A DNA stretch of 64,000 nt from Bdellovibrionia bacterium (GCA_030424715.1 JAUHWH010000004.1:32437-96436), one strand, 5' to 3'. Positions 30,758 through 41,212 are shown, counted from the first letter of the stretch. Translations and numbers: made by a program. Notes: a model not told the origin generated them from the letters alone.

Positions 30758-32107
30758 TCAAAGGTTAAGTCTTTTCTTTTTCCTGAGCATGAGTAACATA
30801 ATGGTTCCTCCAAGAAACCCAAAGCCTGACATGATGACGTACCAGTACAAATAACCACTGGTTTCTTGGGTCATACTGAGAACCTTTCCGGTAATTAAAA
30901 AGGATACTGCACCACCATAGTATTGAAAAGAGTCGATCACGCCAGAGGCAAAACCCGCCATTTTCTTGCCGCCAATGTCCATGGGAGCAGCGGCTCCCAC
31001 CAAGGAGTGAGTCGAGTTCACGGTGAGCGATATTAAGATGAGAATCAAGCAGCCAACCAACACACCCGAGGGGCCAGGGCCGACAAAATCGTTAAGCAGC
31101 AAGATGGCTGCGCCAGCAATGGTGAGTGCCTCTAGATAGTAAAGCCCTGCGGCCACTGGGCCTCGCTCACCCTTCCAGAGTTTATCAGAGACAACACCTG
31201 ATCCTAGGGATCCAATAAAAGCCACAAATGGCATAGCCATGAGCGTGGCTGAGGCGATAAAGGGAATGTTGGATTGCATATCAAAACCGAGTTGGTCTCG
31301 AAAATACAGAATCGCAAGTTGGTCTAATGAATGTCGCACGCCCCCAGTGCATGCATAGGCCCCTGCATAGAACCAGATCAACGGGTGAAACAATATAGTT
31401 TTTAAACTGTCTCGCAGAGACGTCGTGACACCTTCAGAATTGTCGATCTCGTCAACGATAACACCAGGGTAGCCGGCGTCATCAGGACTTGGCTTTACAA
31501 TAAAATAAAAGGCGACAGCGGCACACACCGTAAAGAGGGGTGGAAAGCGAAACACCGAGCGCCAATCACCAGACTCCGCCAGGATCACCGATCCAATAAC
31601 AAGGCCACCATTAAGAAGGACCGGTGCCATTTTACTTATGGACACCTGTCCCAGCTGAATCATTCCGCCGAAAATACCAGCAAAGCTACCGCGTTCGGTT
31701 TTACGAAACCATGCCGCATTTATTTTAATCATACCCGGGGCCCCGAAGGACTGAAAATAGCCATTCATAAGTGCAAGTAAGGCGAAGGCAGCAAACTGCG
31801 AAACCAGTGATGAAAAACCAAAAAAAGCATTGATACCAATGGTGCCAACGGCACCAATCAACATACTTTTGCGTCCGCCAATGACATCAGAAAACAGTCC
31901 GTTGACGAGTTGACCCGTTCCGTAGGCCACTGACCATGTGGCAAAGATGAGTGAGACGTCATTGATATCAAAACCAAATTCATCTTGCAGGCCCGGCACA
32001 GCAAAGCGAAAATTATAGCGACACATATAAAAAGAAGCATACAAAAAACCAATAGTGACCCAGTTTTGGGCCCGGCGGGGGCGAAATCCTTGAGGGTATA
32101 CTGACAT
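30758..32107 (-). CDS. MFS transporter, organophosphate:Pi antiporter (GlpT/UhpC-like) family
   Basis: 12-TM protein. The N-terminus ...WVTIGFLYASFYMCRYNFRFAVPGL resembles OPA-family signatures. Confidence 0.75.
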   Translation of the reverse strand: MSVYPQGFRPRRAQNWVTIGFLYASFYMCRYNFRFAVPGLQDEFGFDINDVSLIFATWSVAYGTGQLVNGLFSDVIGGRKSMLIGAVGTIGINAFFGFSSLVSQFAAFALLALMNGYFQSFGAPGMIKINAAWFRKTERGSFAGIFGGMIQLGQVSISKMAPVLLNGGLVIGSVILAESGDWRSVFRFPPLFTVCAAVAFYFIVKPSPDDAGYPGVIVDEIDNSEGVTTSLRDSLKTILFHPLIWFYAGAYACTGGVRHSLDQLAILYFRDQLGFDMQSNIPFIASATLMAMPFVAFIGSLGSGVVSDKLWKGERGPVAAGLYYLEALTIAGAAILLLNDFVGPGPSGVLVGCLILILISLTVNSTHSLVGAAAPMDIGGKKMAGFASGVIDSFQYYGGAVSFLITGKVLSMTQETSGYLYWYVIMSGFGFLGGTIMLLMLRKKKRLNL

Positions 32108-32475
32108 GATATTCCTATTTTTAGTACTAGGGCTTCTTAACCATAAGTCTTCGGACTCATGGAGCGACCCGTGACAGATTTCAGAAACTATTGATTAACC
32201 AACGGCTCTCCAAAATCAAGGACAAAAGAACTCCCTGGGATGGAAAGTCTTTGGTTTAAAATCTCCGCCGAAGGCAGGACAATAGCGGAGAGACCAGAAA
32301 GGGGCGCGGTGTGTGAGCCGATAAAGTCCAATTACAATCATTTGGCCTTGGCGGGAGCGGTCGTTGTCTCAGAATGGACCGAACTCACGACTTTTTTGGG
32401 CTCAATCCTTTAAATTGGGTGGGTTGCCTCCTATAATAATCAATAATTGTTTTAATTTTTGGGAATGGGGGATTC

Positions 32476-33294
32476 ATGCCAAAATTTATTTTAGCTTTGA
32501 CCGGCTTGTTTGCGGTCATATTGGCTTTTCAAAACTGTGGTGGACCTATGGCTTCCACAAACAGTGTTCAGTCCTCATCGACGAATGAGCTTTTGTGCCA
32601 AGAGGGTGAATGTCAGCAGTACCGCGATGGCGAATACGTTGGCGATTGGAACTTCAATAGTGATTTTAATTCAGCGGATCAGTTTGTATTGCCAGACGCT
32701 GATGACGGCGATATTCCTCCGGGTCCAGTGAATGGCGAACAAGATAGTGGCAATCATGGTAATAATAACCAAGATGCTAACAACGACAGTAGTGGTTCTT
32801 CAAGTGGAGGACAAGATAGCGGCTCCTCTGGTGGGAGCGAATCAGCCGACAATAGTAATTCCGGTGGCAGTGGTTCATCAAATAACAACCCGCTCCCAGC
32901 ACCACAACAAAACCCACGCGATGGCAAAATGTTTTTTGCCGTGGCCGCTTGGGAAACCAGCAACGGCCGCATTGCTGTGGCCACCACAGAGCAAGGTGGT
33001 GGCGGAGGAATGACCGCTAGCAAGGCCGATGATCGCTGCTATGACTTTAAAACATACTCAGGCTCAGATGGTGGCTTTCAGAATCATAAAAATGCAGCGG
33101 CCTATATCTGCGTTCAGGGGGGAGAAGCCTTCTCTTATAAAAGTGGTATTGCTGCCTATATCAAGAGTTCTTGCGGAAAATCTCTGAGTTTGGGGAGACG
33201 CTGTGTGAACGTCCACGAAGAAATCCTTAAAAAGTTGCGCGAAATGGAAAGTTCCGACACCGCAAAGTACGAGGAGTACCTCACACGCCAGTGA
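32476..33294 (+). CDS. Lipoprotein with low-complexity G/S/N/D linker (hypothetical)
   Basis: Lipobox ...VILAFQNCGGP. SGNHGNNNQDANNDSSGSSSGGQDSGSSGG linker and a Cys-containing C-terminal domain. Confidence 0.6.
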   Translation: MPKFILALTGLFAVILAFQNCGGPMASTNSVQSSSTNELLCQEGECQQYRDGEYVGDWNFNSDFNSADQFVLPDADDGDIPPGPVNGEQDSGNHGNNNQDANNDSSGSSSGGQDSGSSGGSESADNSNSGGSGSSNNNPLPAPQQNPRDGKMFFAVAAWETSNGRIAVATTEQGGGGGMTASKADDRCYDFKTYSGSDGGFQNHKNAAAYICVQGGEAFSYKSGIAAYIKSSCGKSLSLGRRCVNVHEEILKKLREMESSDTAKYEEYLTRQ

Positions 33295-33344
33295 AACGAA
33301 CTCTTTGTTTACTGACACGCGCCAGTTAAATCCCCGTCGGAGGA

Positions 33345-34838
33345 TCAGTGACTGGCGATTCGTTTACTAAAGTCAGATCCTTTTTCGACTTCGTCTAGTA
33401 AAGTTGCGAAGTTGAGTCCGTGACGATTGCGAAACCAGTTGTTGATTTCTTCATCAATTTTCGCCAGCGGTGAAGCGTTACATTTATAAACACTATTGAT
33501 GAAGCTCACCATTGAAGAATTATCAAAAGAGTTCGGGCAGTAGCGATTCACCCACTCTTTGTTCAAAGCGGTTTGAAGCTTTGTCGAGTTAGACTCCAGC
33601 GAGCTCTGCAGCCACGGCAGTGGATCGACGGATTTGTCAGGTCTTGGATAGATGCCAATGGCAGGCATCCGAGCAGTGTGAGTGAGCCCACTGACATTGT
33701 ATTGATTGTTGATCGGCACGGAGATCTGTCGGCGACCAAGTCTCAGCTTTAGTCCCCCTGAAAGCAGTAACGATTGTTCATAATGGTGTCCTGAGATTGT
33801 TTGGGTGCGTCCCTCTTGACGATACTTGGTAACTGGCGCCTGTACGGTCCTGTATTGGGTTCGGTACCTGGTGACGTTTTTCTGTGAGGTCTCCCCCGTT
33901 TTTGGGTCAACTACTGTTTCAAGGCTGTTGTAGGGCTCCTGATAGGACTCCTCCCTTGACTCGTAAGCCGTGTAGGGAATGTCGACGGTGTAGTCCTCAT
34001 GAATCACTGTCGGCCTACGCTCGTGCCTTTGGTCAAAGCGGCCGCTGAGTTGGGCGACGATTTTTCTGTTGGATTGTGGATTGAACCAGGGGCTTGCCTC
34101 CAAAGCTTTTTGCACATTGCTGGAGATCAGGGCTTGCGAGCGAGAGTCGATGCCGTCGATGTTTCCTTTGATCGATACCGACGAAAAAGCAAAGGCCGCA
34201 TTGGCGGTTAGAGCGGCGATGTCACGGTGGCCAGAAGTCACCCCCCAATAATTGCAGTACTGGTTAGTGAACATGGTGAAAAAGGGAAAGTTACCCTGGG
34301 CGGAATCCTTAAGCTTTTTGCATTGTGCAACACCGCTGTCATAGGTCGCTTGAGATATTTTTTTGAGGTCGAGAGAGCGTCCTGGCGATTCATAAAAGCG
34401 TTGGTGCTGCTTGATCATTCTATTGGCGGCAATAGGGTGGGCGTTGATCTTTTGTTTGATTTTCCTAGAAATGTATTCAGACAGAATCTCAGCCTCTTGT
34501 CTTTGGGTCGAAAAAGCGGCGGCATCAGGGCTCATGTCCCATTGGCTTTGGTTTGTAAAAATCCCTTGCATTAGGGTGATGGCGGATTCAAAGTTTTGCG
34601 ACAAGCGGGCCTTCCGCACATTGATCAGTTGCGCGTTGATCCAACGTTTACGAGTCTTAAAAAGCCCAATTTTAGCCTCGTTGTTTTCAGGATCTTGTTT
34701 CAGAGCCTTGTTGTACATGCGGATTGCAGAGTCATAGTCACCGGCCTCGTAAAGTTCGTTGGCAAGGTCGGTGGTTGAGGCGCAAGCGGATAAAAGCAAG
34801 CAGAGTGTCATGACGAAGGCAAAGCGACAGTTTTTCAT
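33345..34838 (-). CDS. TPR-containing lipoprotein (hypothetical)
   Basis: ATG 34838 gives MKNCRFAFVMTLCLLLSACAS (lipobox). TPR-like ELYEAGDYDSAIRMYNKALKQDPENNEA. Confidence 0.55.
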   Translation of the reverse strand: MKNCRFAFVMTLCLLLSACASTTDLANELYEAGDYDSAIRMYNKALKQDPENNEAKIGLFKTRKRWINAQLINVRKARLSQNFESAITLMQGIFTNQSQWDMSPDAAAFSTQRQEAEILSEYISRKIKQKINAHPIAANRMIKQHQRFYESPGRSLDLKKISQATYDSGVAQCKKLKDSAQGNFPFFTMFTNQYCNYWGVTSGHRDIAALTANAAFAFSSVSIKGNIDGIDSRSQALISSNVQKALEASPWFNPQSNRKIVAQLSGRFDQRHERRPTVIHEDYTVDIPYTAYESREESYQEPYNSLETVVDPKTGETSQKNVTRYRTQYRTVQAPVTKYRQEGRTQTISGHHYEQSLLLSGGLKLRLGRRQISVPINNQYNVSGLTHTARMPAIGIYPRPDKSVDPLPWLQSSLESNSTKLQTALNKEWVNRYCPNSFDNSSMVSFINSVYKCNASPLAKIDEEINNWFRNRHGLNFATLLDEVEKGSDFSKRIASH

Positions 34839-35222
34839 AAAGAACTCCCTGATTCCGCTAGATTTGTAGAATAATGCAATCGAGTCAAGAGGGGAAGGCC
34901 ACTGAGTGGCCAAAAAGTGAATCTCAGTAGCATCTCTGGGGCGAGCTCTACTGGGATCGGGGGATGCTGGCTTGCCAACTCAAGGGATAGACATGGGCTT
35001 TAGAAGATTCGTGTAAGGCGAACTGCCAGTCCTGGTTTATTGGTCTGGAGGCGCGAGGTTGTCGGGGCTATCGAGTCAGGCGCCAGACCGGCTCCTCGTC
35101 GACTGACAAAAAGCGCCCATTGAACACTAATTGCTTACCCGTTCGGTGTCTTTTTTGAACTGACTGTACTATATTCCGGCACGAAATTTGTACTGTATGA
35201 GAGTATCGCCCCTGGAGTCGTC

Positions 35223-37262
35223 ATGTTCAAAATGTCTTTTAAAGTCAAAATTTTCGCATTGGTGTTGTTTTTTCTCTCGTCTGCGGTCGTTGGCTGTTTA
35301 CCAAAAAGTGAGAAATACGAAATCGAACCCATCAAAATGCCAGAAGTTCCGGAGATCAAACTCCCCAGCGGAGACCTTTTAACCGGTCTTCCTGACGTCC
35401 ATATCGATGACGCCGTTTGGGCCGAGGAAGTGAGAGGTCGCGCTCAATCTTGCGTTGAATCTCTCTGCTCCATTCCCTCCACGACATACTTTGAACTGGA
35501 AGATGAGGGATACCTTCTTCAGCAAGCCGAAATCGATGAACTCCCGCAAGCTCACCAAATATTTGAAACTGAAATTTGGCCCAAAATGCTGAACTTCATC
35601 GAAGAAGATCGAACAGTTAGCAAGAATCAGCTCGTCGATCTGCTCAACTTCTACGAGATGTCTCCTGTGGACTCTCAATTTAATGTTACAGAATTCACCG
35701 CCAGCTATATTCGTTTTCTATACTCACAAAATTTATTGACCCCTTACGCGGCAGACGATTTTGACTATGATTTTTTAGTGAGTGACAAAGAGTTGAGGCT
35801 GAAAGAAGCCGCAATGAATCGAGTGCCTGACGACCAAAAAGCCGATGTGACGTTGGGTCTTAAAATCCTGTCGAGGCTCATTTATAGCGATGCCTATCAA
35901 AACGCCCGATTGATTGAGAAACATGGGTTAAGAACATTCTTACTATATAATTATAAAACAGACATCGTGACTGCTAAAAGACAGTTTGTGTCTGAGATCA
36001 ATGAAAGTCTCGACGCTGTTGGACTGCATCTCCCTATCCTTGCCAATCAGATAAAAGGCAGTGTCGGCTTTAGTAAGTTATTGGCTGGAGAGGACATGCT
36101 GCCCGTTGAAGAGTCTGATGTCGCCTCGACTTACCAGACCTCTCTAATGTTAAGTTCATTTTTGAATGAGCCATGGCAGGAGCTAGCCGATCTCAGTTTA
36201 GACATCGACTCTCTGGTTGATCGTTCATCCATAATTGATTCAATAAAACAGATGATTGCACGCGACAGCGACGAAAGGTTTCAAGCCTCTCGTGATAAGG
36301 CTCATGAAATATGCAAGCAAAGTCTGGCGGCTCACTTGGGCAGTCGGCCGACAGCTGCTCAAATTGACACCTTTAGTGAGGCTGTCGAAACAATTAAACA
36401 AGAGGCGAAGCTTCAAGCGAACCAACTATATCCTAACCAACAGCCTTCTATCCAGCAGATGATTGATAGTGCTAACTTTTTACTTCCGACCACTCAGGAT
36501 GGGGCGCTTCGCGAAATTCGAGACTCTGTACAGTTCTTAGTTGATGGACTCGAGGAGCTTGCCGATATGAAAAGTCTATCGCCCATAGATGCGCAGAACG
36601 TTGGTGGAATGTTGGTGGGGAGCTATAGGTACTCCTTTGATGGGGAAGATGATTCTTTTCAAGGTCTATCGGATATGTGCTTAAAATATCTCCCCAAAGG
36701 CCTGGTCGACCACACTTATACTTTTGAGAATAAAGTCGTTGTATCGACCAACACGGTGAAGACTCCCCAGGCGGGTGCTGCAATTGTGGCCCACGAGCTG
36801 GGACACAGAGTTCAGGCCGAGTTAGGCAAGCCTGGTCGAGCCGGTTTAAACCAGTGCTTGGTGGATCGACATTTCTCCGGGATCAGTCAGGAGGGCGATC
36901 AGAGCGATGAGGGCCTCAATCAGTTTTTCGATGAAGATTTCGCCGATAACTTTTCAACAAAAATTATGGTGTCATTGGATATGACCGAGAAAGAAAACAA
37001 CCTGGGTTGTCTTTTGTTCGGAAGTGCAAATGAGTCCGCTGGCAGGGTCAACTATTTCGGTAGCAACACCGTCCACCCACTGGTGATAAACAATACCGAT
37101 GACGTGCATGCCGCCAGTTTGCATCGTCTGCTGCAAGTGGCGCACGACTTTGGTAGCACCACTCAGATCTGCAAGGACTTCTATACTGAAGAAAAGAAGA
37201 ACATATATTTCGTGAATGGCACAAAAATTATTACAATTCCAGAAATCAAGACGTGCCACTAA
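35223..37262 (+). CDS. Large lipoprotein with gluzincin-type metallopeptidase motifs near the C-terminus
   Basis: Lipobox LSSAVVGCLP. AIVAHELGHRVQ is followed ~45 aa later by DEDFADN, an HExxH ... ExxAD arrangement like M13 peptidases. Confidence 0.5.
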   Translation: MFKMSFKVKIFALVLFFLSSAVVGCLPKSEKYEIEPIKMPEVPEIKLPSGDLLTGLPDVHIDDAVWAEEVRGRAQSCVESLCSIPSTTYFELEDEGYLLQQAEIDELPQAHQIFETEIWPKMLNFIEEDRTVSKNQLVDLLNFYEMSPVDSQFNVTEFTASYIRFLYSQNLLTPYAADDFDYDFLVSDKELRLKEAAMNRVPDDQKADVTLGLKILSRLIYSDAYQNARLIEKHGLRTFLLYNYKTDIVTAKRQFVSEINESLDAVGLHLPILANQIKGSVGFSKLLAGEDMLPVEESDVASTYQTSLMLSSFLNEPWQELADLSLDIDSLVDRSSIIDSIKQMIARDSDERFQASRDKAHEICKQSLAAHLGSRPTAAQIDTFSEAVETIKQEAKLQANQLYPNQQPSIQQMIDSANFLLPTTQDGALREIRDSVQFLVDGLEELADMKSLSPIDAQNVGGMLVGSYRYSFDGEDDSFQGLSDMCLKYLPKGLVDHTYTFENKVVVSTNTVKTPQAGAAIVAHELGHRVQAELGKPGRAGLNQCLVDRHFSGISQEGDQSDEGLNQFFDEDFADNFSTKIMVSLDMTEKENNLGCLLFGSANESAGRVNYFGSNTVHPLVINNTDDVHAASLHRLLQVAHDFGSTTQICKDFYTEEKKNIYFVNGTKIITIPEIKTCH

Positions 37263-37299
37263 ATCGCATATGACATCCTTTGTCGGCTGCCAGTATCAC

Positions 37300-38280
37300 T
37301 TAGTTGTTGGCTAGGTAGTCTAAAACTCCATGAATCGTCGCCCGCTGGGCGGCGATGGCCTCCTGGGAGCCTCTTGGCTCAGAGTGGATCTCTGGGTAAA
37401 TCTCTGTGGTGAATGAGTTGTCAGAGATTGTCTTCATGTAGGCCTGATTCAAGCCTTGGTGAGTGGGAGAATCGCCTTTTGAAATCACAACACCTTCTTC
37501 GTTCTTTTCTCCATGAATTTCTGGGTCGGGCGCTATGGGAGTGACCTTGCGAACACTCTCGATGATCTTTGTTGCCATCTGAGGTGAGCGATTGGCAACG
37601 TTTGAGATTAGGTAATAACCATTCGGAATTAAGATATCATCTGCCGTTAAATTGATACCATAGCGTTGGTATTGGGGAGGCATCATGGTTTTATCACGAT
37701 CGGGGGTTTCGTGTAGGTCCACGGCCGCGGCAAAATCGCGACCAATACTCTTGTGAGCTTTGTCTAAAACATCCATCACTAGCTGTGCCTCGGGTACGTA
37801 GGGCTTTGAGCGATCGAAGCTACGGTTTGGGTCCCAAGCGTCGTGGGTCCAGCGTTGATTCACCTCAAAGGCAAAAGGACTAATGCACGGGAACACCATA
37901 AAGCTAAAGTGATCGCTGTAATTGGCAGCGTCTTTTTCAAGAAATTCAAGGGCTCCGTACACGCCACTCTCCTCATAGCCGTGGGTACCGCCAGTGATAA
38001 TTATGTTTGGCTTGCTGTCGGTGATGTCACCCACCTCGGCGTAATACAGTGGGTAACGATCTTGGTATTCCTGGGCTGTAAGAGTCGTGCCGTCAATGGC
38101 AAGTTCCTCTCGGCCCTGCAGGGTGAGGTTGCCGTAGGGTAGAATTTTAAGGTGGTCACCCGCTTGTTTGAGCTTCTCAATCCGAGTGAGCACCTGTTCA
38201 GCATAGGACCTTTGCAAAGTTTGCTTCGCCAGCCATTCTAATTTGTCTGCTTCTTTCCATGTGTCTTTGCGTGGATCCAT
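37300..38280 (-). CDS. M14-like zinc carboxypeptidase / AstE-AspA superfamily protein
   Basis: IIITGGTHGYEESG (HxxE) and VDLHETPD (third His ligand). Confidence 0.6.
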   Translation of the reverse strand: MDPRKDTWKEADKLEWLAKQTLQRSYAEQVLTRIEKLKQAGDHLKILPYGNLTLQGREELAIDGTTLTAQEYQDRYPLYYAEVGDITDSKPNIIITGGTHGYEESGVYGALEFLEKDAANYSDHFSFMVFPCISPFAFEVNQRWTHDAWDPNRSFDRSKPYVPEAQLVMDVLDKAHKSIGRDFAAAVDLHETPDRDKTMMPPQYQRYGINLTADDILIPNGYYLISNVANRSPQMATKIIESVRKVTPIAPDPEIHGEKNEEGVVISKGDSPTHQGLNQAYMKTISDNSFTTEIYPEIHSEPRGSQEAIAAQRATIHGVLDYLANN

Positions 38281-38470
38281 TAAAACCTCCGTTGTAGGGT
38301 CAATAAATTCTGGCTCACGTTATTAAATCCTGGTGGTCGTAGCAAGTGACTATGTATAAAGAGGGGTTTTTATAGAAAAGAAACATTAAGGGTCTGCCAA
38401 GACGATGTCGTTCTCATAGAAATGCGAATCTTGAGCTGGATTTGTTCCTTGAAATTCAGTCGTTATTTCA

Positions 38471-39973
38471 CTAATCGCAGTCAACAGACTGAATCCGAAC
38501 CCCTTCTGAATAAAGGTTGTCGACGTCGTCAAGATCGAACTGCATATCAGCGCACTGCCGGCGGATGATTGCAGCGGCCTTCGCTGTGTTGCTCACTATC
38601 TGCCGAACCTCGGAGTCAGAAAGACCGAGGTTGTTGTTCACCCACTGGAAGATGGGGCCTTGTGCTTGAAGGTCACTATCGAGACTCATTAATCTGTGGT
38701 AAATTTTGGCACTATAATGTTTCAGATTGTTCAACATACCTGTTGATTTCGAGAAGTTGGCATAGGCCACTCGCCCTCCGGCATCGTTGTCGTTGATGTG
38801 AGTCCGTTGAATCAGTAGGGCGTTATTATCTCTTAATTTTTCAGGGACAGAAATTCGCTGCATTTCACGACGAGAAAGACTTTCATACTCGTCTCTTTTT
38901 TCTCGTTTACTCTTTGTGGCGCCATCGTTTAAGTAGACCCAGTGCCAGGTGTAGTCGATGTTTCCGACTCGGTCTTGCTGGCTAAAAATATAGTCGAGAA
39001 GGGTTATTTCGATCAGTTCGCGCATCCAGAAAGCCACTTGCACTTGCCCCTGCATGCCATCAAGGCCCACCAAGTCTCGGCGCATTTTTCTATCCTTGGC
39101 AGCCTGTCGAACAGCGCCAGGGATCGCTTCTGCTAAAGGCAGAGGCGAGCGCAGGGCTAAAAATCCCGGAGTTTTTTGGAAGTCGCGGTTCTGACCTTTG
39201 CCCCAGCCACTGGCCCGTGTGCCATTAAACTCTGTTGCATAACGTTCACCTTTGTCGTCATACATGGTTCCATAAATTTTGGTTCGGTCATTGGTGAAGA
39301 TGTCGTCAGTCGGTCGATACGAAGAGGGGTTGGTCTCGGCGCGGACCATCAGGTCCCAGCCAGCAGCGATCATCCCAGACGACGTCAGTCGGCGTCCTTT
39401 ACTGGACACTCGCTCAAGGTGAATGTCGCGGTCCATCTCGCGATAGACAGCGACAGGAACCTTTACCTTGGTGTCGAAATAACGAGAAAAATGATAGTAC
39501 AAAAGAGCAGACTGCGAGAACGTACCACTTGTCCCGCTGGCGTTCATTGAGGTCTTCAGTTTGGCCGCTGTTTTGACCCTCGCCCCCTTGGCCTTCTGGC
39601 CACAGTGACTTGAAGTCTCATAGCTCTGTTGGTCGAAAGAGCTTTTACCCAAGTCGTAAACCATAGTCCCTGGGCTGGTGCTCCAAGTTTTTGGACAAAG
39701 AGCGTAGCTGTCGTCGTAAAAGTTGATTGCGCAAAGTAGATTTTCATCTTCACGATCCGATTTTGAGTAGTCCCCATTGGGGAGCTTTGCAAGAGCTGCA
39801 CACTCCTCCTGAACGTCGTTGGCAGACAAGAAGACGCTGACCTTTTCATCGACGGCACCTTGGGCGAACTCGGCATCAGCACTTGCTTTGGCAATCTCCT
39901 CTTGCTGTTCGGTGACGGCTCCACCGTGAAGGCAATACAGTAATATAAATAAAACGTAGATACTTTTTCTCAT
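38471..39973 (-). CDS. Secreted hypothetical protein, possibly with a Fam20/four-jointed-like atypical kinase fold
   Basis: Signal peptide. By-eye motif parallels to Fam20C: LLYYHFSRYFDTKVKVPVAVYR; LLDYIFSQQDRVGNIDY (compare FDFLIGNMDRHHYE); LIQRTHINDNDAGG (compare LIHLDNxRGFG). Confidence 0.5.
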   Translation of the reverse strand: MRKSIYVLFILLYCLHGGAVTEQQEEIAKASADAEFAQGAVDEKVSVFLSANDVQEECAALAKLPNGDYSKSDREDENLLCAINFYDDSYALCPKTWSTSPGTMVYDLGKSSFDQQSYETSSHCGQKAKGARVKTAAKLKTSMNASGTSGTFSQSALLYYHFSRYFDTKVKVPVAVYREMDRDIHLERVSSKGRRLTSSGMIAAGWDLMVRAETNPSSYRPTDDIFTNDRTKIYGTMYDDKGERYATEFNGTRASGWGKGQNRDFQKTPGFLALRSPLPLAEAIPGAVRQAAKDRKMRRDLVGLDGMQGQVQVAFWMRELIEITLLDYIFSQQDRVGNIDYTWHWVYLNDGATKSKREKRDEYESLSRREMQRISVPEKLRDNNALLIQRTHINDNDAGGRVAYANFSKSTGMLNNLKHYSAKIYHRLMSLDSDLQAQGPIFQWVNNNLGLSDSEVRQIVSNTAKAAAIIRRQCADMQFDLDDVDNLYSEGVRIQSVDCD

Positions 39974-40102
39974 AAACCCCTTCTTTTCCAGACGGAAAGG
40001 AGTCTAACAAAAAAGACGATGAGAGCTGAAACGTGAGAGGTTGTCCGTGGTTTTATGTAAAAGTTTTAGAGTGAATTAAGAGCCGATGACTCTATTTTAC
40101 AA

Positions 40103-41212
40103 CTAAAGATCCTGTCGTCGATAGAGGATTCTTTGCTGTGGATCAAGCATATGGCTTTGGGGGAACTTAGAGCAGCTTTTGCAGAGAGAGGAGTTCTGGG
40201 CGGGAATTTGAATTGTGGTTGGGAATGACTCATCAAGAATAAGATTAAAGCCTCTCGCCTGCCGGTGCTGCAGCTGCCAATGGCCTTGCTCGTCATATTC
40301 AATCACTAGAAAAGCCTGCGGGCTGCGCTCGTTCACAGATCCTGTGCCGATAAGGTAACGTGATCCACTCCCTAAAAGAGGAACGCTAATATACTGAGTG
40401 TGCTGATCGCGGCGTCCGGGGTAGTAGACATGAGAGTGGCCGCTAAAAAAAACATCCACTTTGTGGGCTTCAAAAAGGTCTTCCACTTTATTTAAAAATG
40501 CAGCGCTTCCACGAGCCACGTATTCCGTTTCTTTTTTAAAGGCAAATGGGAGAAGGGGCACGTGACCGTATACAAACTTGAGAGAGCGTTGACTCTCTTG
40601 AGTAAAGACTTTCTCAAGCCAAACGAGAGTGTTGTCTGACCAGTTTCGTACCGCCGTATTGTCAAGAGCTACAAAAAGAGCGTTTCCAATAGTTAGGGCG
40701 TACTGGAATGGAAAGTCTTGCTCCACTCCTTCGACCCATCTTATGTGCTTAGCCACACTCAGGGGGTTTTCTTGTAACCAACTGTTACGGTAGTGATCGC
40801 GTTCAATCTTTCGAGTTAAATGGGCGTCATGATTCCCGGGGGAGGGAAATAGTGGAATCTCTTTCTCGAGAAGCTTTCGAGTTACTGTTGAGTGAAAGGC
40901 TTCCCACATGCCTAGGTAGTCTAAGTTTTTCTTTTGTCCGGCCACCATGTCACCTGTGGATAGGATAAAATCAATTTTGTTATTTGCGTCCGCGAGATAG
41001 GAAACAGCACTTTTGACAGCCGAGTTATAGGTTTTGGAACCATAGCTACTGTTGAGGTCAGAGATGATGGCAAAGCGCCAAGTCTTAGTTGCCGTTTTCG
41101 GCTCGGCTTTTGTGGGGCCGGCTGCGGCTTCGTCTATTGTGGTTGGTGGTTGGCTGGCGTGGCCGCAATGAAGAAAAACGAATGAGACTAGTATGATAGA
41201 CAGAGATTTCAT
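40103..41212 (-). CDS. Exported calcineurin-like metallophosphoesterase
   Basis: Motifs SDLN.., GDMVAGQ, GNHD and GHSHVY. N-terminal signal/lipobox (FVFLHCG). Confidence 0.8.
   Translation of the reverse strand: MKSLSIILVSFVFLHCGHASQPPTTIDEAAAGPTKAEPKTATKTWRFAIISDLNSSYGSKTYNSAVKSAVSYLADANNKIDFILSTGDMVAGQKKNLDYLGMWEAFHSTVTRKLLEKEIPLFPSPGNHDAHLTRKIERDHYRNSWLQENPLSVAKHIRWVEGVEQDFPFQYALTIGNALFVALDNTAVRNWSDNTLVWLEKVFTQESQRSLKFVYGHVPLLPFAFKKETEYVARGSAAFLNKVEDLFEAHKVDVFFSGHSHVYYPGRRDQHTQYISVPLLGSGSRYLIGTGSVNERSPQAFLVIEYDEQGHWQLQHRQARGFNLILDESFPTTIQIPAQNSSLCKSCSKFPQSHMLDPQQRILYRRQDL

Noticed and set aside
32240-32330. Glycine-riboswitch-like fragments (CGCCGAAGGCAGGACAA ... GCGGAGAGACC...GGGGCGC) in the 368-nt gap upstream of the 32476 lipoprotein gene.
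   Set aside because: The order and sequence of the elements do not fit the aptamer consensus (GGAGAG ... ACCGAAGGGGCAA ... CTC). Neither flanking gene is related to glycine metabolism. An Infernal/Rfam scan would settle it.
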